NCBI GenBank assembly: GCA_018830445.1
Contig: JAHJSN010000036.1
Span: 2,096 to 66,095 of the forward strand
Reading direction: 5' to 3'
Length of the DNA: 64,000 bases
Source: Alphaproteobacteria bacterium
Lineage (GTDB): Bacteria > Pseudomonadota > Alphaproteobacteria > Rhizobiales > Hyphomicrobiaceae
Part shown: one piece after another, positions 8,255-18,657 of the stretch
Position numbering within the stretch: position 1 is the stretch's first letter
Layout: each line of letters opens with the position of its first letter
Made by a program: the position numbers and the translations under genes
The notes under the pieces: model-generated
Told to the model about the DNA's origin: nothing
What the model saw: only the letters and a program-made list of their open reading frames with translations
The model's database searches: none

Positions 8255-11131
8255 ATGAAGTTCGAGCCCCAGCGCAAACTAGCCGCAGCCCCCATCGAAA
8301 TGGCCGCGCCGGACCTTGTGGTCCTCCCGACATGCTGTGGGCTCGTTGTGCTGGATAGAAGCCAGTTCGACGGCGATGCTGCTCAGCCTGATAAAGCAAT
8401 GGACACAACACATTCAGAACTGGACCGAGCGGCCACGCCCCACGCTGCAACGCCTGCGGTATCGCCAGCTTATTCACAGTCCAAGGAAGCTGTCCTGGCC
8501 TGTCATCAGGTTGATCCCGACAAGGGCCTCGCCAGCGAGGAGGTCGAGCAAAGGCGCTTGATCGCAGGCTCCAATGAAATCGAGCAGGCAAAGCCCACCA
8601 GCGTTCTCACGCTGATCGTCAGGCAATTCGTCAGCCCGGTGATCTGGCTCTTGATAGCAGCAGCGGTCATCGCGGCGGTGTTCGCCGAATACACCGACGC
8701 ATTCGCCATTGCAGTCGTAATCATTCTGAACGCGGCTATCGGCTTCGTGACCGAGTACAAGGCCCGCCGCTCCATGGAAGCGATCCGCACGCTGGGGCAG
8801 ACGCGCAGCCGGGTCCTACGCGACGGCAGCTTTCGAACCCTGGCGAGCCGTGAGTTGGTACCCGGAGATATTGTTGCGCTGACGGCAGGAAATCTCGTTC
8901 CCGCCGACATTCGCATCGTTTCGATGACCTCGCTCCAGGCGAGCGAGGCGGCCCTCACCGGCGAATCTGTACCCGTCGAAAAGCATCTCGCCGCCGTGGC
9001 ATCTGATGCGGCCATCGGCGACCGCTCCTCGATGCTGTTCAAGGGAACCGCGGTGACCCGTGGCGATTGTACCGGCGTCGTCACGGCAACCGGCATGCAG
9101 ACCGAGATCGGTCACATCACGCGCCTGATGATGGCCGCCCCCGACAGCCAGACTCCGCTTGAAAAGCAGCTGCAATCCCTCGGCGGCCAGTTGCTTTGGC
9201 TAACGATTGCACTGTGTGTCTTGATTTCAAGCATCGGAATGCTGGCCGGCCGGGATGTCTTCTTGATGATTCACGCCGGCATCGCTCTGGCCGTCGCCGC
9301 CATTCCCGAAGGCCTGCCAATTGTCGCAACCGTCGCGCTTGCCGGCGGCATGTGGCGCATGGCCCAGCGCAACGCGCTCGTAGAACGCATGGCCGCCGTC
9401 GAGACACTCGGTTCGACGACCGTGATCTTTACCGACAAGACCGGCACGTTGACCGAGAACCGGCTGGTCGCCGCGGAAGTCTATGTTCCTGACGGACGCC
9501 ACCGCCTCCCCCTGCAACAAGAGCGCGACGCGAAACTGCCGACAAGCCTCAGGAACCTTCTTGAGGCCGGGGCACTATGCAATCACGCCGAGCTTTCCCC
9601 CGGCACAACGCCCGGCGAGGATTCCGGCGACCCGCTGGAGATCGCACTTCTCCAGGCCGCGCGTGATCATGGCATCGACTCGGCCGCCTTGTCGTCCGAT
9701 TGGCCGCAGATGGCGGAGCGCCCATTCGACAGCAAGATAAAGCTGATGACCTCCGCCCACCGCGGACCCGACGGCGTTTTCCGGCTGGCCAGCAAGGGTG
9801 CCCCTGAACGCATCATCGATGCTGCAGGTTTTTCCACGGGAAGCGACGGCAGCGCGCAGCCGCTGACCCATGCCGCCCGTGAGGAATGGCGTGAACGCGC
9901 CCTGGAAATGGCCACCTCCGGACTGCGCGTACTCGCCATTGCCGGCAGCATCGGCGGTCAAGCTGACATCGACGAGTTGGGCGATCTTATCCTCCTCGGT
10001 CTCGTCGGTTTCCGCGATCCGCCCCGCAGCGATGTCCCCGAAGCGATCCTGGCTTGCCAGCAGGCGGGCATCCGCGTCGTAATGGTGACCGGCGACCACG
10101 TCGCGACCGCCTCGGCCATATCGAACCAGGTCGGCATTCATTCGAATGGCCGCGCTGCCGGCATCGATGGCACCCGGCTTGACGACCTGTTTGCCGCTGG
10201 AAGCGATGGCCAGGAGGAAATCCATCTGTCCAACGTCTTTGCCCGCGTCACGCCCGAGCACAAGTTGCGGCTGGTCGAACGCATGCAGCAGGCCGGCGAG
10301 ATCGTCGCGATGACCGGCGACGGCGTCAACGACGCCCCGGCGCTGCGTCAGGCCGACATCGGCGTCGCTATGGGCAAACGCGGCACCGACGTCGCCCGTG
10401 AAGCTGCCGACATCGTCCTGCTTGACGACTCGTTCCCGACCATCGTCGATGCCATCGCGCAAGGCCGCGTGATATTCGACAACATCCGACGCTTCGTTGT
10501 CTATCTGCTTTCCTGCAATCTGAGCGAAGTCCTCGTCGTTGCCCTGGCAATTCTGCTTGGCCTGCCGCTGGCTCTTCTGCCCCTGCAGATTCTGTTCCTC
10601 AATCTGGTGACCGACGTGTTTCCCGCATTTGCCCTGGCCGCCGGCAAAGGCGACCCCAATATCCTCAAACGCCCTCCCCGCCCGCCAAGCGAACTGTTGA
10701 TCGGAACCCGCCAGTGGGCACTCATCGTCCGGCACGGCTTGACTATCACTGCCGTTACCCTGGCTGCCCTGGCAATCGCCGAGCGCGGATATGGACTATC
10801 GGCCCACGACGCAACGACCATATCATTCCTGACGATTGCCTTTGCGCAGCTCTTCCATGTCTTCAACATGCGCAACCTGGGCACCCCGTTGTTGAATAAC
10901 GACGTCACCCGCAATCCTTGGGTATGGGGCTCGCTCGCGGTTTGCATCGCCCTTCTGCTGATCGCAGTCTACGTCCCGCCGATCGCAGCGGTTCTGCAAT
11001 TGAAGGCGCCGACGCTCTCGGCCTGGCTCACCATTCTCAGCCTTGCGCTTGTTCCCATCGCCATCGGCAGAATCGCTGAGATCTGGCCATGGGACCCGTT
11101 CATCAAAACGACTGTCGTGAAGCTGCGTTAG
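8255..11131 (+). CDS. Cation-translocating P-type ATPase (P2-type, Ca2+/Mg2+-like)
   Basis: Contains TGES, PEGLP, DKTGTLT, MVTGD and TGDGVNDAPALRQADIGVAMG, plus about 10 predicted TM segments. The start is uncertain: 8138, 8255 (GGTGGA upstream) or 8399. Confidence 0.92.
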   Translation: MKFEPQRKLAAAPIEMAAPDLVVLPTCCGLVVLDRSQFDGDAAQPDKAMDTTHSELDRAATPHAATPAVSPAYSQSKEAVLACHQVDPDKGLASEEVEQRRLIAGSNEIEQAKPTSVLTLIVRQFVSPVIWLLIAAAVIAAVFAEYTDAFAIAVVIILNAAIGFVTEYKARRSMEAIRTLGQTRSRVLRDGSFRTLASRELVPGDIVALTAGNLVPADIRIVSMTSLQASEAALTGESVPVEKHLAAVASDAAIGDRSSMLFKGTAVTRGDCTGVVTATGMQTEIGHITRLMMAAPDSQTPLEKQLQSLGGQLLWLTIALCVLISSIGMLAGRDVFLMIHAGIALAVAAIPEGLPIVATVALAGGMWRMAQRNALVERMAAVETLGSTTVIFTDKTGTLTENRLVAAEVYVPDGRHRLPLQQERDAKLPTSLRNLLEAGALCNHAELSPGTTPGEDSGDPLEIALLQAARDHGIDSAALSSDWPQMAERPFDSKIKLMTSAHRGPDGVFRLASKGAPERIIDAAGFSTGSDGSAQPLTHAAREEWRERALEMATSGLRVLAIAGSIGGQADIDELGDLILLGLVGFRDPPRSDVPEAILACQQAGIRVVMVTGDHVATASAISNQVGIHSNGRAAGIDGTRLDDLFAAGSDGQEEIHLSNVFARVTPEHKLRLVERMQQAGEIVAMTGDGVNDAPALRQADIGVAMGKRGTDVAREAADIVLLDDSFPTIVDAIAQGRVIFDNIRRFVVYLLSCNLSEVLVVALAILLGLPLALLPLQILFLNLVTDVFPAFALAAGKGDPNILKRPPRPPSELLIGTRQWALIVRHGLTITAVTLAALAIAERGYGLSAHDATTISFLTIAFAQLFHVFNMRNLGTPLLNNDVTRNPWVWGSLAVCIALLLIAVYVPPIAAVLQLKAPTLSAWLTILSLALVPIAIGRIAEIWPWDPFIKTTVVKLR

Positions 11132-11240
11132 GTGAATTGGAATGGCGCTCGCACAGTGACAGTTGCCGGCCCAACGTTAACCCGGCACCACAACAACGAA
11201 ACCCGCGCGATTAGCGATCCGCACGACCTGAGGAACCGGC

Positions 11241-13127
11241 ATGGACACACCAGCCAGCACGTACCCTGAACCCGAAGAGAAAGACCGCGGCGACAACGTG
11301 CGCTTCACACCTGTTGAACTCTCACCATCGCTTCCCCCGCCAAGAGTCGCCCAATCCGATTTTGACGCGAGCCTCATGCGCGACTCCTACTCGGCGACCG
11401 CCGCCGCCGAGGTATTCGACCGCTCCTTTCACGCTTCGCTGGCACGCTACACCGCAGGTATCTCGCCGGCCGCACTCACCACCGCCTTCCTCGACTGGGC
11501 GATCCACCTGGGATTATCTCCCGGCAAGCAATTCGAACTCAACCAGAAAGCCTTTCGCAAACTCGCCCGCTTCAACCGCTATCTGGCGAGCCAGGCGATG
11601 GTTCCAGGTTGCCGCGATCGATGCATCGAACCCCTCCACCAGGACCACCGTTTCTCTTCGGAAGCATGGCAGGAGTGGCCCTTCAACGTCATCTACCAAT
11701 CGTTCCTGCTGCAACAGCAGTGGTGGCACAATGCGACCTGCGGCGTCCGCGGCGTCGACCCGCGTCATGCCAGGGTCGTGGAGTTCACCACGCGTCAGAT
11801 CCTCGACACACTCTCCCCCTCGAATTTCCTGTTCACCAACCCGGAACTTCTTCAGGCCACCCGCGAGCAGATGGGTCTCAATCTCATTCGCGGCACCATG
11901 AATTTCATGGAAGACGCCACCGAGGCGTTGGGCGGCATGCCTCCCAGGCACAGCCTCACGCATGCCGTCGGCAAGGACGTCGCGACCACGCCCGGGAAAG
12001 TTGTTTACCGCAATGACCTGATCGAACTCATCCACTACACCCCGAGAACGCCGCAGGTCCATTGCGAACCGGTCCTGATCGTCCCCGCCTGGATCATGAA
12101 GTACTACATCCTCGATCTTTCACCGCACAATTCAATGGTCGGCCATCTACTGGATCAGGGCTTCGACGTCTTCATCATCTCCTGGCGCAATCCAGGCCCC
12201 GAACACCGCGATTTCGGCTTCGACGATTACCGGCGCCTCGGACCGATGAAGGCGCTCGACATCATCGGCGAAGTCACCGGCGTAACGAACGTCCATGCCG
12301 CCGGCTATTGTCTGGGCGGCACCCTCTTGGCGATAACCGCCGCCGCCATGGCCCGCGATGGCGACGACCGATTGAATTCGGTCACGCTACTGGCGGCCCA
12401 GACCGACTTTTCCTCACCCGGAGAACTCGGCCTGTTCATCGATCACAGCCAGCTGGCATTCCTCGAAGACATGATGTGGGAGCAAGGCTTCCTCGACAGC
12501 CACCAGATGGCCGGCGCATTCCAGCTGCTGCGATCGAACGATCTCGTCTGGTCACGGATGGTACGCGAATACCTTTTGGGCCGTGAGGAAAACGGCAACG
12601 ACCTGATGTCGTGGAACGCCGACGCCACCCGCATGCCCTACCGCATGCACGCCGAATATCTGCGCCAGCTCTTCCTGGACAATGATTTGGCCGAAGGCCG
12701 CTTCCGCGTTGCCGATATGGCAATTTCGATCAGCGACATCCGCGCGCCGATTTTCGCAGTTTCGACATCCCGCGACCATGTATCACCGTGGCAGTCGGTA
12801 TACAGGATCCACCAGCTTGCAGATACGTCAGTCACTTTCGTTCTGACGGAAGGCGGCCATAACGGCGGCATCGTCTCCGAACCCGGCCACCCTCATCGAA
12901 AATTTCAGATCGCAACCCGTGCGCCCGACGATAATTTCATCGAGGCGGACACCTGGTCTGCCACGATACCCCTCCAGGACGGATCTTGGTGGGTCGCCTG
13001 GTCAGGATGGCTCGCCGGGCGCTCAACCGGTCAACGATCCGCGCTGCCCGGTTCCGGAGCGCCGTCCGGCATGCCTCTGCCCGCGCCGGTTTGCGACGCT
13101 CCGGGCACGTATGTTCTCGAAAGATGA
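11241..13127 (+). CDS. phaC: Class I poly(3-hydroxyalkanoate) synthase
   Basis: 628 aa with the lipase-box variant GYCLGG (catalytic Cys), ILDL.P.NS...L...G..VF.ISW and WN.D.TR.P motifs. Confidence 0.93.
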   Translation: MDTPASTYPEPEEKDRGDNVRFTPVELSPSLPPPRVAQSDFDASLMRDSYSATAAAEVFDRSFHASLARYTAGISPAALTTAFLDWAIHLGLSPGKQFELNQKAFRKLARFNRYLASQAMVPGCRDRCIEPLHQDHRFSSEAWQEWPFNVIYQSFLLQQQWWHNATCGVRGVDPRHARVVEFTTRQILDTLSPSNFLFTNPELLQATREQMGLNLIRGTMNFMEDATEALGGMPPRHSLTHAVGKDVATTPGKVVYRNDLIELIHYTPRTPQVHCEPVLIVPAWIMKYYILDLSPHNSMVGHLLDQGFDVFIISWRNPGPEHRDFGFDDYRRLGPMKALDIIGEVTGVTNVHAAGYCLGGTLLAITAAAMARDGDDRLNSVTLLAAQTDFSSPGELGLFIDHSQLAFLEDMMWEQGFLDSHQMAGAFQLLRSNDLVWSRMVREYLLGREENGNDLMSWNADATRMPYRMHAEYLRQLFLDNDLAEGRFRVADMAISISDIRAPIFAVSTSRDHVSPWQSVYRIHQLADTSVTFVLTEGGHNGGIVSEPGHPHRKFQIATRAPDDNFIEADTWSATIPLQDGSWWVAWSGWLAGRSTGQRSALPGSGAPSGMPLPAPVCDAPGTYVLER

Positions 13128-13140
13128 TACTCGTGAAGTA

Positions 13141-13154
13141 CTGATAAAGATCAA
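13141..13154. promoter_or_regulatory. Near-consensus FNR/FixK box (cTGAT-N4-ATCAA) upstream of the fnr-type gene
   Basis: CTGATAAAGATCAA has one mismatch to TTGAT-N4-ATCAA and lies about 130 nt upstream of the 13283 start. Confidence 0.45.
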
Positions 13155-13246
13155 TATAATGCTGCCTTTCAACGCCCTGTCTGGGAAAAAAGACTTCCGT
13201 CGCACTGCTGACATAGCTTGTCCTGCCACTACATATTCAATAACAT

Positions 13247-13268
13247 TGATAAACAGCAGTGTTTATCA
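13247..13268. promoter_or_regulatory. 22-bp perfect palindrome TGATAAACA-GCAG-TGTTTATCA (unassigned operator-like site)
   Basis: 9-bp perfect inverted arms with a 4-bp spacer, 15 nt upstream of the fnr-type ATG. Confidence 0.4.
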
Positions 13269-13282
13269 GACAGGCAGACCGA

Positions 13283-14041
13283 ATGGCACACGACCCAATA
13301 CACCTTGGGCGAAACAACTGCGCCACTTGTGCGATACGCCATCGCGCGGTCTGCGGTGCGCTCGCCGATGAAGAACTCAAGGAACTCGGTGCCATTGGCC
13401 GCATGCGCCAATTCAAGGCTGGTGACATCATCCTTGCCGATGAGGAGCCTACGACGTTCTTCGCCAACATCGTTTCAGGAGTGATCAAGCTTGAAAAGAC
13501 GTCCGCTGACGGCCGCCAGCAAATCGTCGGATTGGTCTTCCCGCCCGACTTTCTCGGCCGCGCATTTGCCAAATCGAACCCTTATTTTGCCCAGGCCGCA
13601 ACCGACGTGGAGGCCTGCACCTACCCACACACTGCTTTCGAGAACATGCTGAAGAAGCACTCGGGCCTCGAACATCGCCTGTTCGAAAACACGCTCAACG
13701 AACTCGACGCCGCCCGCGAATGGATGTTTGTCTTGGGCCGCAAGAGCGCGCAGGAAAAAGTCGCGAGCTTCCTGCATCTGATCGCCAAACGCCAATCCAT
13801 GGTCGGATGTTCGCATGGCCACGCAGAAAACGAACCATCCGGTGCCTCCCGATTCGATCTACCGCTGACCCGAGCTGACATCGCCGATTTTCTCGGCCTC
13901 ACGATTGAGACGGTGAGCCGCCAGCTTTCGAACCTGAAGCGCCAGGGAACTATTCAACTGCTCAGCGGACGCGAAGTCTTTGTTCCGAACGTCGACCGGC
14001 TCGCATCCTTGGCATCTGGCGATGACGAGGCCGTCGCCTGA
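13283..14041 (+). CDS. fnrL: Crp/Fnr-family transcription regulator, FnrN/FnrL type (oxygen-sensing Cys cluster)
   Basis: N-terminal C-x2-C-x7-C (CATCAIRHRAVC) plus a central Cys (VEACTYP), a cNMP-like fold, and an HTH with the E--SR recognition motif (LGLTIETVSRQLS). The ORF-track GTG at 13259 is an alternative start. Confidence 0.88.
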   Translation: MAHDPIHLGRNNCATCAIRHRAVCGALADEELKELGAIGRMRQFKAGDIILADEEPTTFFANIVSGVIKLEKTSADGRQQIVGLVFPPDFLGRAFAKSNPYFAQAATDVEACTYPHTAFENMLKKHSGLEHRLFENTLNELDAAREWMFVLGRKSAQEKVASFLHLIAKRQSMVGCSHGHAENEPSGASRFDLPLTRADIADFLGLTIETVSRQLSNLKRQGTIQLLSGREVFVPNVDRLASLASGDDEAVA

Positions 14042-14127
14042 GCGTGCCACCGGCGAGCCAAATCTTGCGCTATCAGCTGATTACCCCCCGCCGCCGGCAC
14101 GACCCTATTTTTTCGGCTTCGTCGGCG

Positions 14128-14715
14128 TCACAACGAATGTATCCCGCTCAATCTCCCGGCGTGCCTGCGCGAACGCTCCATGATGCCCTCCCGCAATTCG
14201 TCGAGATCTGCCGCCGTCAGCATCTGCCGCGCCAAGGGTAACACCGTCGCATTCTCCCACTTGATGTGCCGCCTCAGGGAAACGAAGTACCCGCGCAGCA
14301 TGTAACCCAGCATTTCCGCGTTGCTTGCCCGTCCATCGTCGGCAAGCCGCTCAAGCTCCTCGGCGATCTCGAAGGAGAAAGCCTCGTCGTGATCATGCTC
14401 GTGCTCAAGTTGCTCAAGCACCGAGCGCACCCTTGCATCGCCGTTATTGCGCTTCTTGAGCAACGGAAACAGATATCGCTCTTCGAGTACGATGTGGTCG
14501 GGGAGCCCCTGCCGCAGCACTGTTACGGCGACCTCTGCCTGCGATTTTATCGTTTCATGAGGCAGTCCATCGGCAAGCCGTTCCAGGACGTCGCACAACT
14601 CGAACTTGAGCAGATGATCGACTTCGATCACCGCGATTGGATCGATCCTGTCGAGTGGCTGGCCGGCATCTCCCCGCCCTCCCACCAATCGCAAATGCAA
14701 GGATTGAGGTGACAT
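14128..14715 (-). CDS. Hemerythrin HHE cation-binding domain protein
   Basis: Repeated H..EE..LFP-type motifs (DHIVLEERYLFPLL, HIKWENATVLPL) and a LEHEHDHDE His/Glu cluster. It is divergent from ccoN and shares the FNR box. Confidence 0.75.
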   Translation of the reverse strand: MSPQSLHLRLVGGRGDAGQPLDRIDPIAVIEVDHLLKFELCDVLERLADGLPHETIKSQAEVAVTVLRQGLPDHIVLEERYLFPLLKKRNNGDARVRSVLEQLEHEHDHDEAFSFEIAEELERLADDGRASNAEMLGYMLRGYFVSLRRHIKWENATVLPLARQMLTAADLDELREGIMERSRRHAGRLSGIHSL

Positions 14716-14853
14716 ACGCCTCCCGAGCTCCAGTCGTTTCGGGGCCATCCCAACGCATCGCTCTCAACATCCATAAGGCCTGTTGCCAATGCGGGCCGCC
14801 ACGCGGCGCAACCCCGTCAGCATCAAAGGTAGGTGCGGCGAAATGAGCACTCA

Positions 14854-14867
14854 TTGATCCTGATCAA
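14854..14867. promoter_or_regulatory. Perfect FNR/FixK box TTGAT-CCTG-ATCAA
   Basis: An exact match to TTGAT-N4-ATCAA, about 115 nt upstream of the ccoN ATG and about 140 nt upstream of the divergent hemerythrin gene. Confidence 0.85.
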
Positions 14868-14981
14868 TGTCTGTGAAGTCCACGGAGGACATCAAATCAA
14901 CGCGGGGAATGGGGGCACCGGAATCCCGTTTGAGCCTGCCCATTTCCGGCAGGTCCCGCATTGAACGGAGAATCAAAAATT

Positions 14982-16646
14982 ATGGCTGCGAATGAAAACC
15001 GCGAGGAGTTGTCCGCCTTCTCCGATGCGCTGGCCGTACTCGGCGCGGGTCTGGGGGCGGTTCTAGGGTTGTATTTGACCGTGTATTCAAACGACCCGGT
15101 CATGAAATTTCATGGTGCGCTGTTGGGCGGAACCTCCATCCTCGGCGCCCTTTACGTTTTGTCGTCGTTGACTGGCAAGCCGGGTGAACCGCGCGACTTC
15201 TACCACGACGGCCCGATCAAGTTCGCTGCAATCGCAGCGGTATTCTGGGGCATCGCGGGCTTCATCGTCGGCGATATCATCGCCTGGCAGATGGCATTTC
15301 CCTGGCTCAACTTCGATCTTCCCTGGACGAGTTTCGGCCGCTTGCGCCCGCTGCACACTTCGGCGGTTATCTTTGCATTCGGCGGCAACGCGCTTCTCGC
15401 CACTTCGTTCTACGTCGTCCAGCGCACCACCAAGGCGCGCCTGTTCGGCCGCTGGTCGCCTTGGTTCGTCGTCGTCGGCTACAACTTGTTCATCGTGATC
15501 GCCGGCACAGGCTATATCCTCGGCGTCACCCAGAGCAAGGAATACGCCGAGCCGGAATGGTACGCCGACCTGTGGCTGACCGTTGTCTGGGTCGCCTATC
15601 TCGTCGTCTTCGCCGGCACGCTGATGAAGCGCAAGGAACCCCACATCTACGTGGCGAACTGGTTCTATCTCGCATTCATCCTGACGATTGCGATGCTGCA
15701 TATCGTCAACAACCTGACCCTTCCGGTCTCCTTCACCGGCACCAAGAGCTACATCCTCTTCTCCGGTGTGCAGGATGCCATGACGCAATGGTGGTACGGC
15801 CACAACGCAGTCGGCTTCTTCCTCACCGCGGGCTTCCTCGGGATGATGTATTACTTCATCCCGAAACGCGCCGAGCGGCCGGTCTATTCCTACCGCCTGT
15901 CGATCGTCCACTTCTGGTCGCTGATCTTCCTCTACATCTGGGCCGGTCCCCACCACCTCCACTACACCGCCCTGCCTGACTGGGCGCAGACCCTCGGCGC
16001 GACCTTCTCGATCATGCTTTGGATGCCCTCCTGGGGCGGCATGATCAACGGTCTGATGACCCTGTCGGGAGCCTGGGACAAACTGCGCACCGACCCCGTC
16101 ATCCGCATGCTGGTCGTGTCGGTGGCTTTCTACGGCATGTCGACCTTCGAAGGTCCGCTGATGTCGCTGAAAGCGGTCAACTCGCTGTCCCACTACACCG
16201 ACTGGACCATCGGCCACGTTCACTCCGGCGCCCTAGGCTGGGTCGGCATGGTCTCCTTCGGCGCCCTCTACTGCCTGTTCCCATGGCTGTGGAAACGTCG
16301 CGGCCTCTACTCCATGCGCCTTGTCGAATGGCACTTCTGGCTCTCGACCATCGGCATCCTGTTCTACATCACTGCGATGTGGGTATCGGGAATTCTTCAG
16401 GGCTTGATGTGGCGCGCCTACGACGAACTCGGCTTCCTCAAGTACTCCTTCGTCGAAACCGTCGATGCCATGCACATCCCCTACATCATCCGTGCCGGCG
16501 GCGGCCTACTGTTCATCATCGGCGCTCTGATCATGGCCTACAATCTGTGGCGCACAGCCCGCGGCGACGAACCCGTCGACGCCGAAAACCAGCCTCTCGT
16601 TGCAGCCGCACCGGCCCTTCGTGAAAAGCTTGCAGCAGCCGAATAA
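14982..16646 (+). CDS. ccoN: cbb3-type cytochrome c oxidase subunit I
   Basis: 12+ TM heme-copper oxidase core with conserved His ([22 protein letters not shown]). The ATG at 14982 follows GGAGAA. Confidence 0.96.
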   Translation: MAANENREELSAFSDALAVLGAGLGAVLGLYLTVYSNDPVMKFHGALLGGTSILGALYVLSSLTGKPGEPRDFYHDGPIKFAAIAAVFWGIAGFIVGDIIAWQMAFPWLNFDLPWTSFGRLRPLHTSAVIFAFGGNALLATSFYVVQRTTKARLFGRWSPWFVVVGYNLFIVIAGTGYILGVTQSKEYAEPEWYADLWLTVVWVAYLVVFAGTLMKRKEPHIYVANWFYLAFILTIAMLHIVNNLTLPVSFTGTKSYILFSGVQDAMTQWWYGHNAVGFFLTAGFLGMMYYFIPKRAERPVYSYRLSIVHFWSLIFLYIWAGPHHLHYTALPDWAQTLGATFSIMLWMPSWGGMINGLMTLSGAWDKLRTDPVIRMLVVSVAFYGMSTFEGPLMSLKAVNSLSHYTDWTIGHVHSGALGWVGMVSFGALYCLFPWLWKRRGLYSMRLVEWHFWLSTIGILFYITAMWVSGILQGLMWRAYDELGFLKYSFVETVDAMHIPYIIRAGGGLLFIIGALIMAYNLWRTARGDEPVDAENQPLVAAAPALREKLAAAE

Positions 16647-16658
16647 GGAGTGACATCG

Positions 16659-17390
16659 ATGCTCAGCAAACATGGTGTCTTCGAACGCCACACTTGGCTT
16701 CTCTCCATCGGCGTCCTCATCGTCGTTGCGATTGGCGGTCTGGTGGAAATCGTCCCGCTTTTCTACCTCAAATCGACCATCGAAAAGGTGGAGGGCATGC
16801 GGCCCTACACCCCCCTCGAACTGGTCGGCCGTGACATCTATATCCGCGAGGGGTGCTACGTTTGCCACTCGCAGATGATTCGCTCGCTTCGCGACGAGGT
16901 CGAGCGTTACGGACACTACTCGCTAGCGGCCGAAAGCATGTACGACCACCCATTCCAGTGGGGTTCGAAGCGGACCGGGCCTGACCTCGCCCGTGTCGGC
17001 GGCAAGTATTCGAACGACTGGCATCTCGCCCACATGACCGATCCTCGATCGGTCGTGCCGGAATCGATCATGCCGGGCTACCCGTGGCTTTCCCAGCGCA
17101 GGCTCGACGCCTCCGAAATGGCTGAGAAGCTCAAGACACTGGCTGCCGTCGGCGTACCATACACCGAGGAGATGATCGCCAACGCCGCCAGCGACCTTGA
17201 GGCTCAGGCCAGTCCGGAGAGTGATGGAGCCGATGCGGTCGTAACCCGTTATCCGAAGGCCGTGATCGGCAACTTTGACGGTAAGCCCGATGAGTTGACG
17301 GAACTCGACGCGATGATCGCCTACCTGCAAATGCTCGGCACGCTCGTCGACTTCACCAAGTTCGATGCGGCCGGACCCAACCTGCGCTAG
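16659..17390 (+). CDS. ccoO: cbb3-type cytochrome c oxidase subunit II (monoheme)
   Basis: [19 protein letters not shown] (CxxCH) and GPDL.R.G.KYS..WH..H. The ATG at 16659 follows AAGGAG. Confidence 0.95.
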   Translation: MLSKHGVFERHTWLLSIGVLIVVAIGGLVEIVPLFYLKSTIEKVEGMRPYTPLELVGRDIYIREGCYVCHSQMIRSLRDEVERYGHYSLAAESMYDHPFQWGSKRTGPDLARVGGKYSNDWHLAHMTDPRSVVPESIMPGYPWLSQRRLDASEMAEKLKTLAAVGVPYTEEMIANAASDLEAQASPESDGADAVVTRYPKAVIGNFDGKPDELTELDAMIAYLQMLGTLVDFTKFDAAGPNLR

Positions 17391-17400
17391 GAGGCATACA

Positions 17401-17592
17401 GTGACCTACGAAACCGTGGCAGGGTTCACCCAGAGCCTCTCGCTCATCCTCTTCTTCACACTCTTCATCGGCGTCGTCGCCTATGCCGTTTGGCCCGGCA
17501 ACTCGCGGAAATTCGAGCAAGCCAGCCGCATGCCTCTCGACACCGACGAACATAATGAAAACGCCACCCGCGATATCGGAGGCCGCAACTGA
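17401..17592 (+). CDS. ccoQ: cbb3-type oxidase small subunit CcoQ
   Basis: Single-TM small protein (LSLILFFTLFIGVVAYAVWP) between ccoO and ccoP. The GTG follows AGGAGG, and its stop overlaps the ccoP ATG. Confidence 0.7.
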   Translation: MTYETVAGFTQSLSLILFFTLFIGVVAYAVWPGNSRKFEQASRMPLDTDEHNENATRDIGGRN

Positions 17593-18464
17593 TGGCTGAT
17601 AAGAAGCGCATTGACGACGTAACGGGCGTCGAAACGACAGGACACGTTTGGGACGACGACCTTGAGGAGCTCAACAAGCCGTTGCCCAAGTGGTGGCTCT
17701 ACGTCTTGTACGCATCCATCATCTGGGCGATCGGCTATTGGGTGCTTTACCCGGCCTGGCCAGGTATCAATGGCTACACCGAAGGTTACCTCGGCTATTC
17801 CCAGCGAGCCGCAGTCATGGAGCAAGTCGCTGCCGGCAAGGCCGCGCAGGCCAAATACCGTGAGTCGATCGCCAAGGCCGAACTTGCGGAAATCAAATCC
17901 GATCCGGATCTGCTGAACTTCGCACTGGCAGGCGGCAAGGCGGCGTTCGGCGATAACTGCGCGCCATGCCACGGGCGCGGCGCCGAGGGGTTCAAGGGTT
18001 ACCCGAACCTCAACGACGACGATTGGATCTGGGGCGGCGACCTCGCCGCAATCGAGCAGACGATCCGCCACGGCATTCGCAGTCCCGATGCCGACACCCG
18101 CGTCAGCGACATGCCGAAATTCGGGCAGGACCAGTTGCTCGATGCCGCTCAGATCGGCGATGTCGCCGAGCACGTGCTTTCCCTCGGCGGCAACTCGACC
18201 GATCCAGACGCCGCAGCCCGTGGAGCCGCGCTGTTCGCGGAAAACTGTGCCGCCTGCCACGGCGAAACAGGCAGCGGAATGTTGGAACTCGGCGCTCCCA
18301 ACCTGACCGACGCGATCTGGCTCTATGGCGGTGAAAAGGCCGATGTTGTAGAATCGATAAAAACCGGCCGCGGCGGCGTCATGCCGCCCTGGCACACGCG
18401 CCTCGATGACGTCACCATCAAGCAGCTCGCCGTTTATGTCCACGCGTTGGGCGGCGGCAAGTAG
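17592..18464 (+). CDS. ccoP: cbb3-type cytochrome c oxidase subunit III (diheme)
   Basis: N-terminal TM segment and two CxxCH motifs (CAPCHG, CAACHG). Confidence 0.95.
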   Translation: MADKKRIDDVTGVETTGHVWDDDLEELNKPLPKWWLYVLYASIIWAIGYWVLYPAWPGINGYTEGYLGYSQRAAVMEQVAAGKAAQAKYRESIAKAELAEIKSDPDLLNFALAGGKAAFGDNCAPCHGRGAEGFKGYPNLNDDDWIWGGDLAAIEQTIRHGIRSPDADTRVSDMPKFGQDQLLDAAQIGDVAEHVLSLGGNSTDPDAAARGAALFAENCAACHGETGSGMLELGAPNLTDAIWLYGGEKADVVESIKTGRGGVMPPWHTRLDDVTIKQLAVYVHALGGGK

Positions 18465-18657
18465 TCTCCATGGAAGGCGGGTTTGTCGCACGCGGCGATT
18501 GACCCGCCGCAACGAGCCCGCCATCCGCTGAATGTTATCATGTTCGCAGAGCCGGGGCCGCCCGGGCAAGGGCGATTACCGATCCCGCTCCGCAGCCCGT
18601 CGGCCCCGTAATCGCACACTGGCAAAAGACCGCTTCTTGCCCGAGGACAGCACGAGC

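Noticed and set aside
9575-10735. 386-aa ORF antisense to the P-type ATPase (and similar ORFs at 17481..18569 and 53591..54889)
   Set aside because: These are antisense frames of confidently identified genes, with low-complexity products.
15087-16223. 378-aa ORF antisense to ccoN
   Set aside because: This is the same antisense artefact. ccoN on the plus strand is a textbook heme-copper oxidase subunit.
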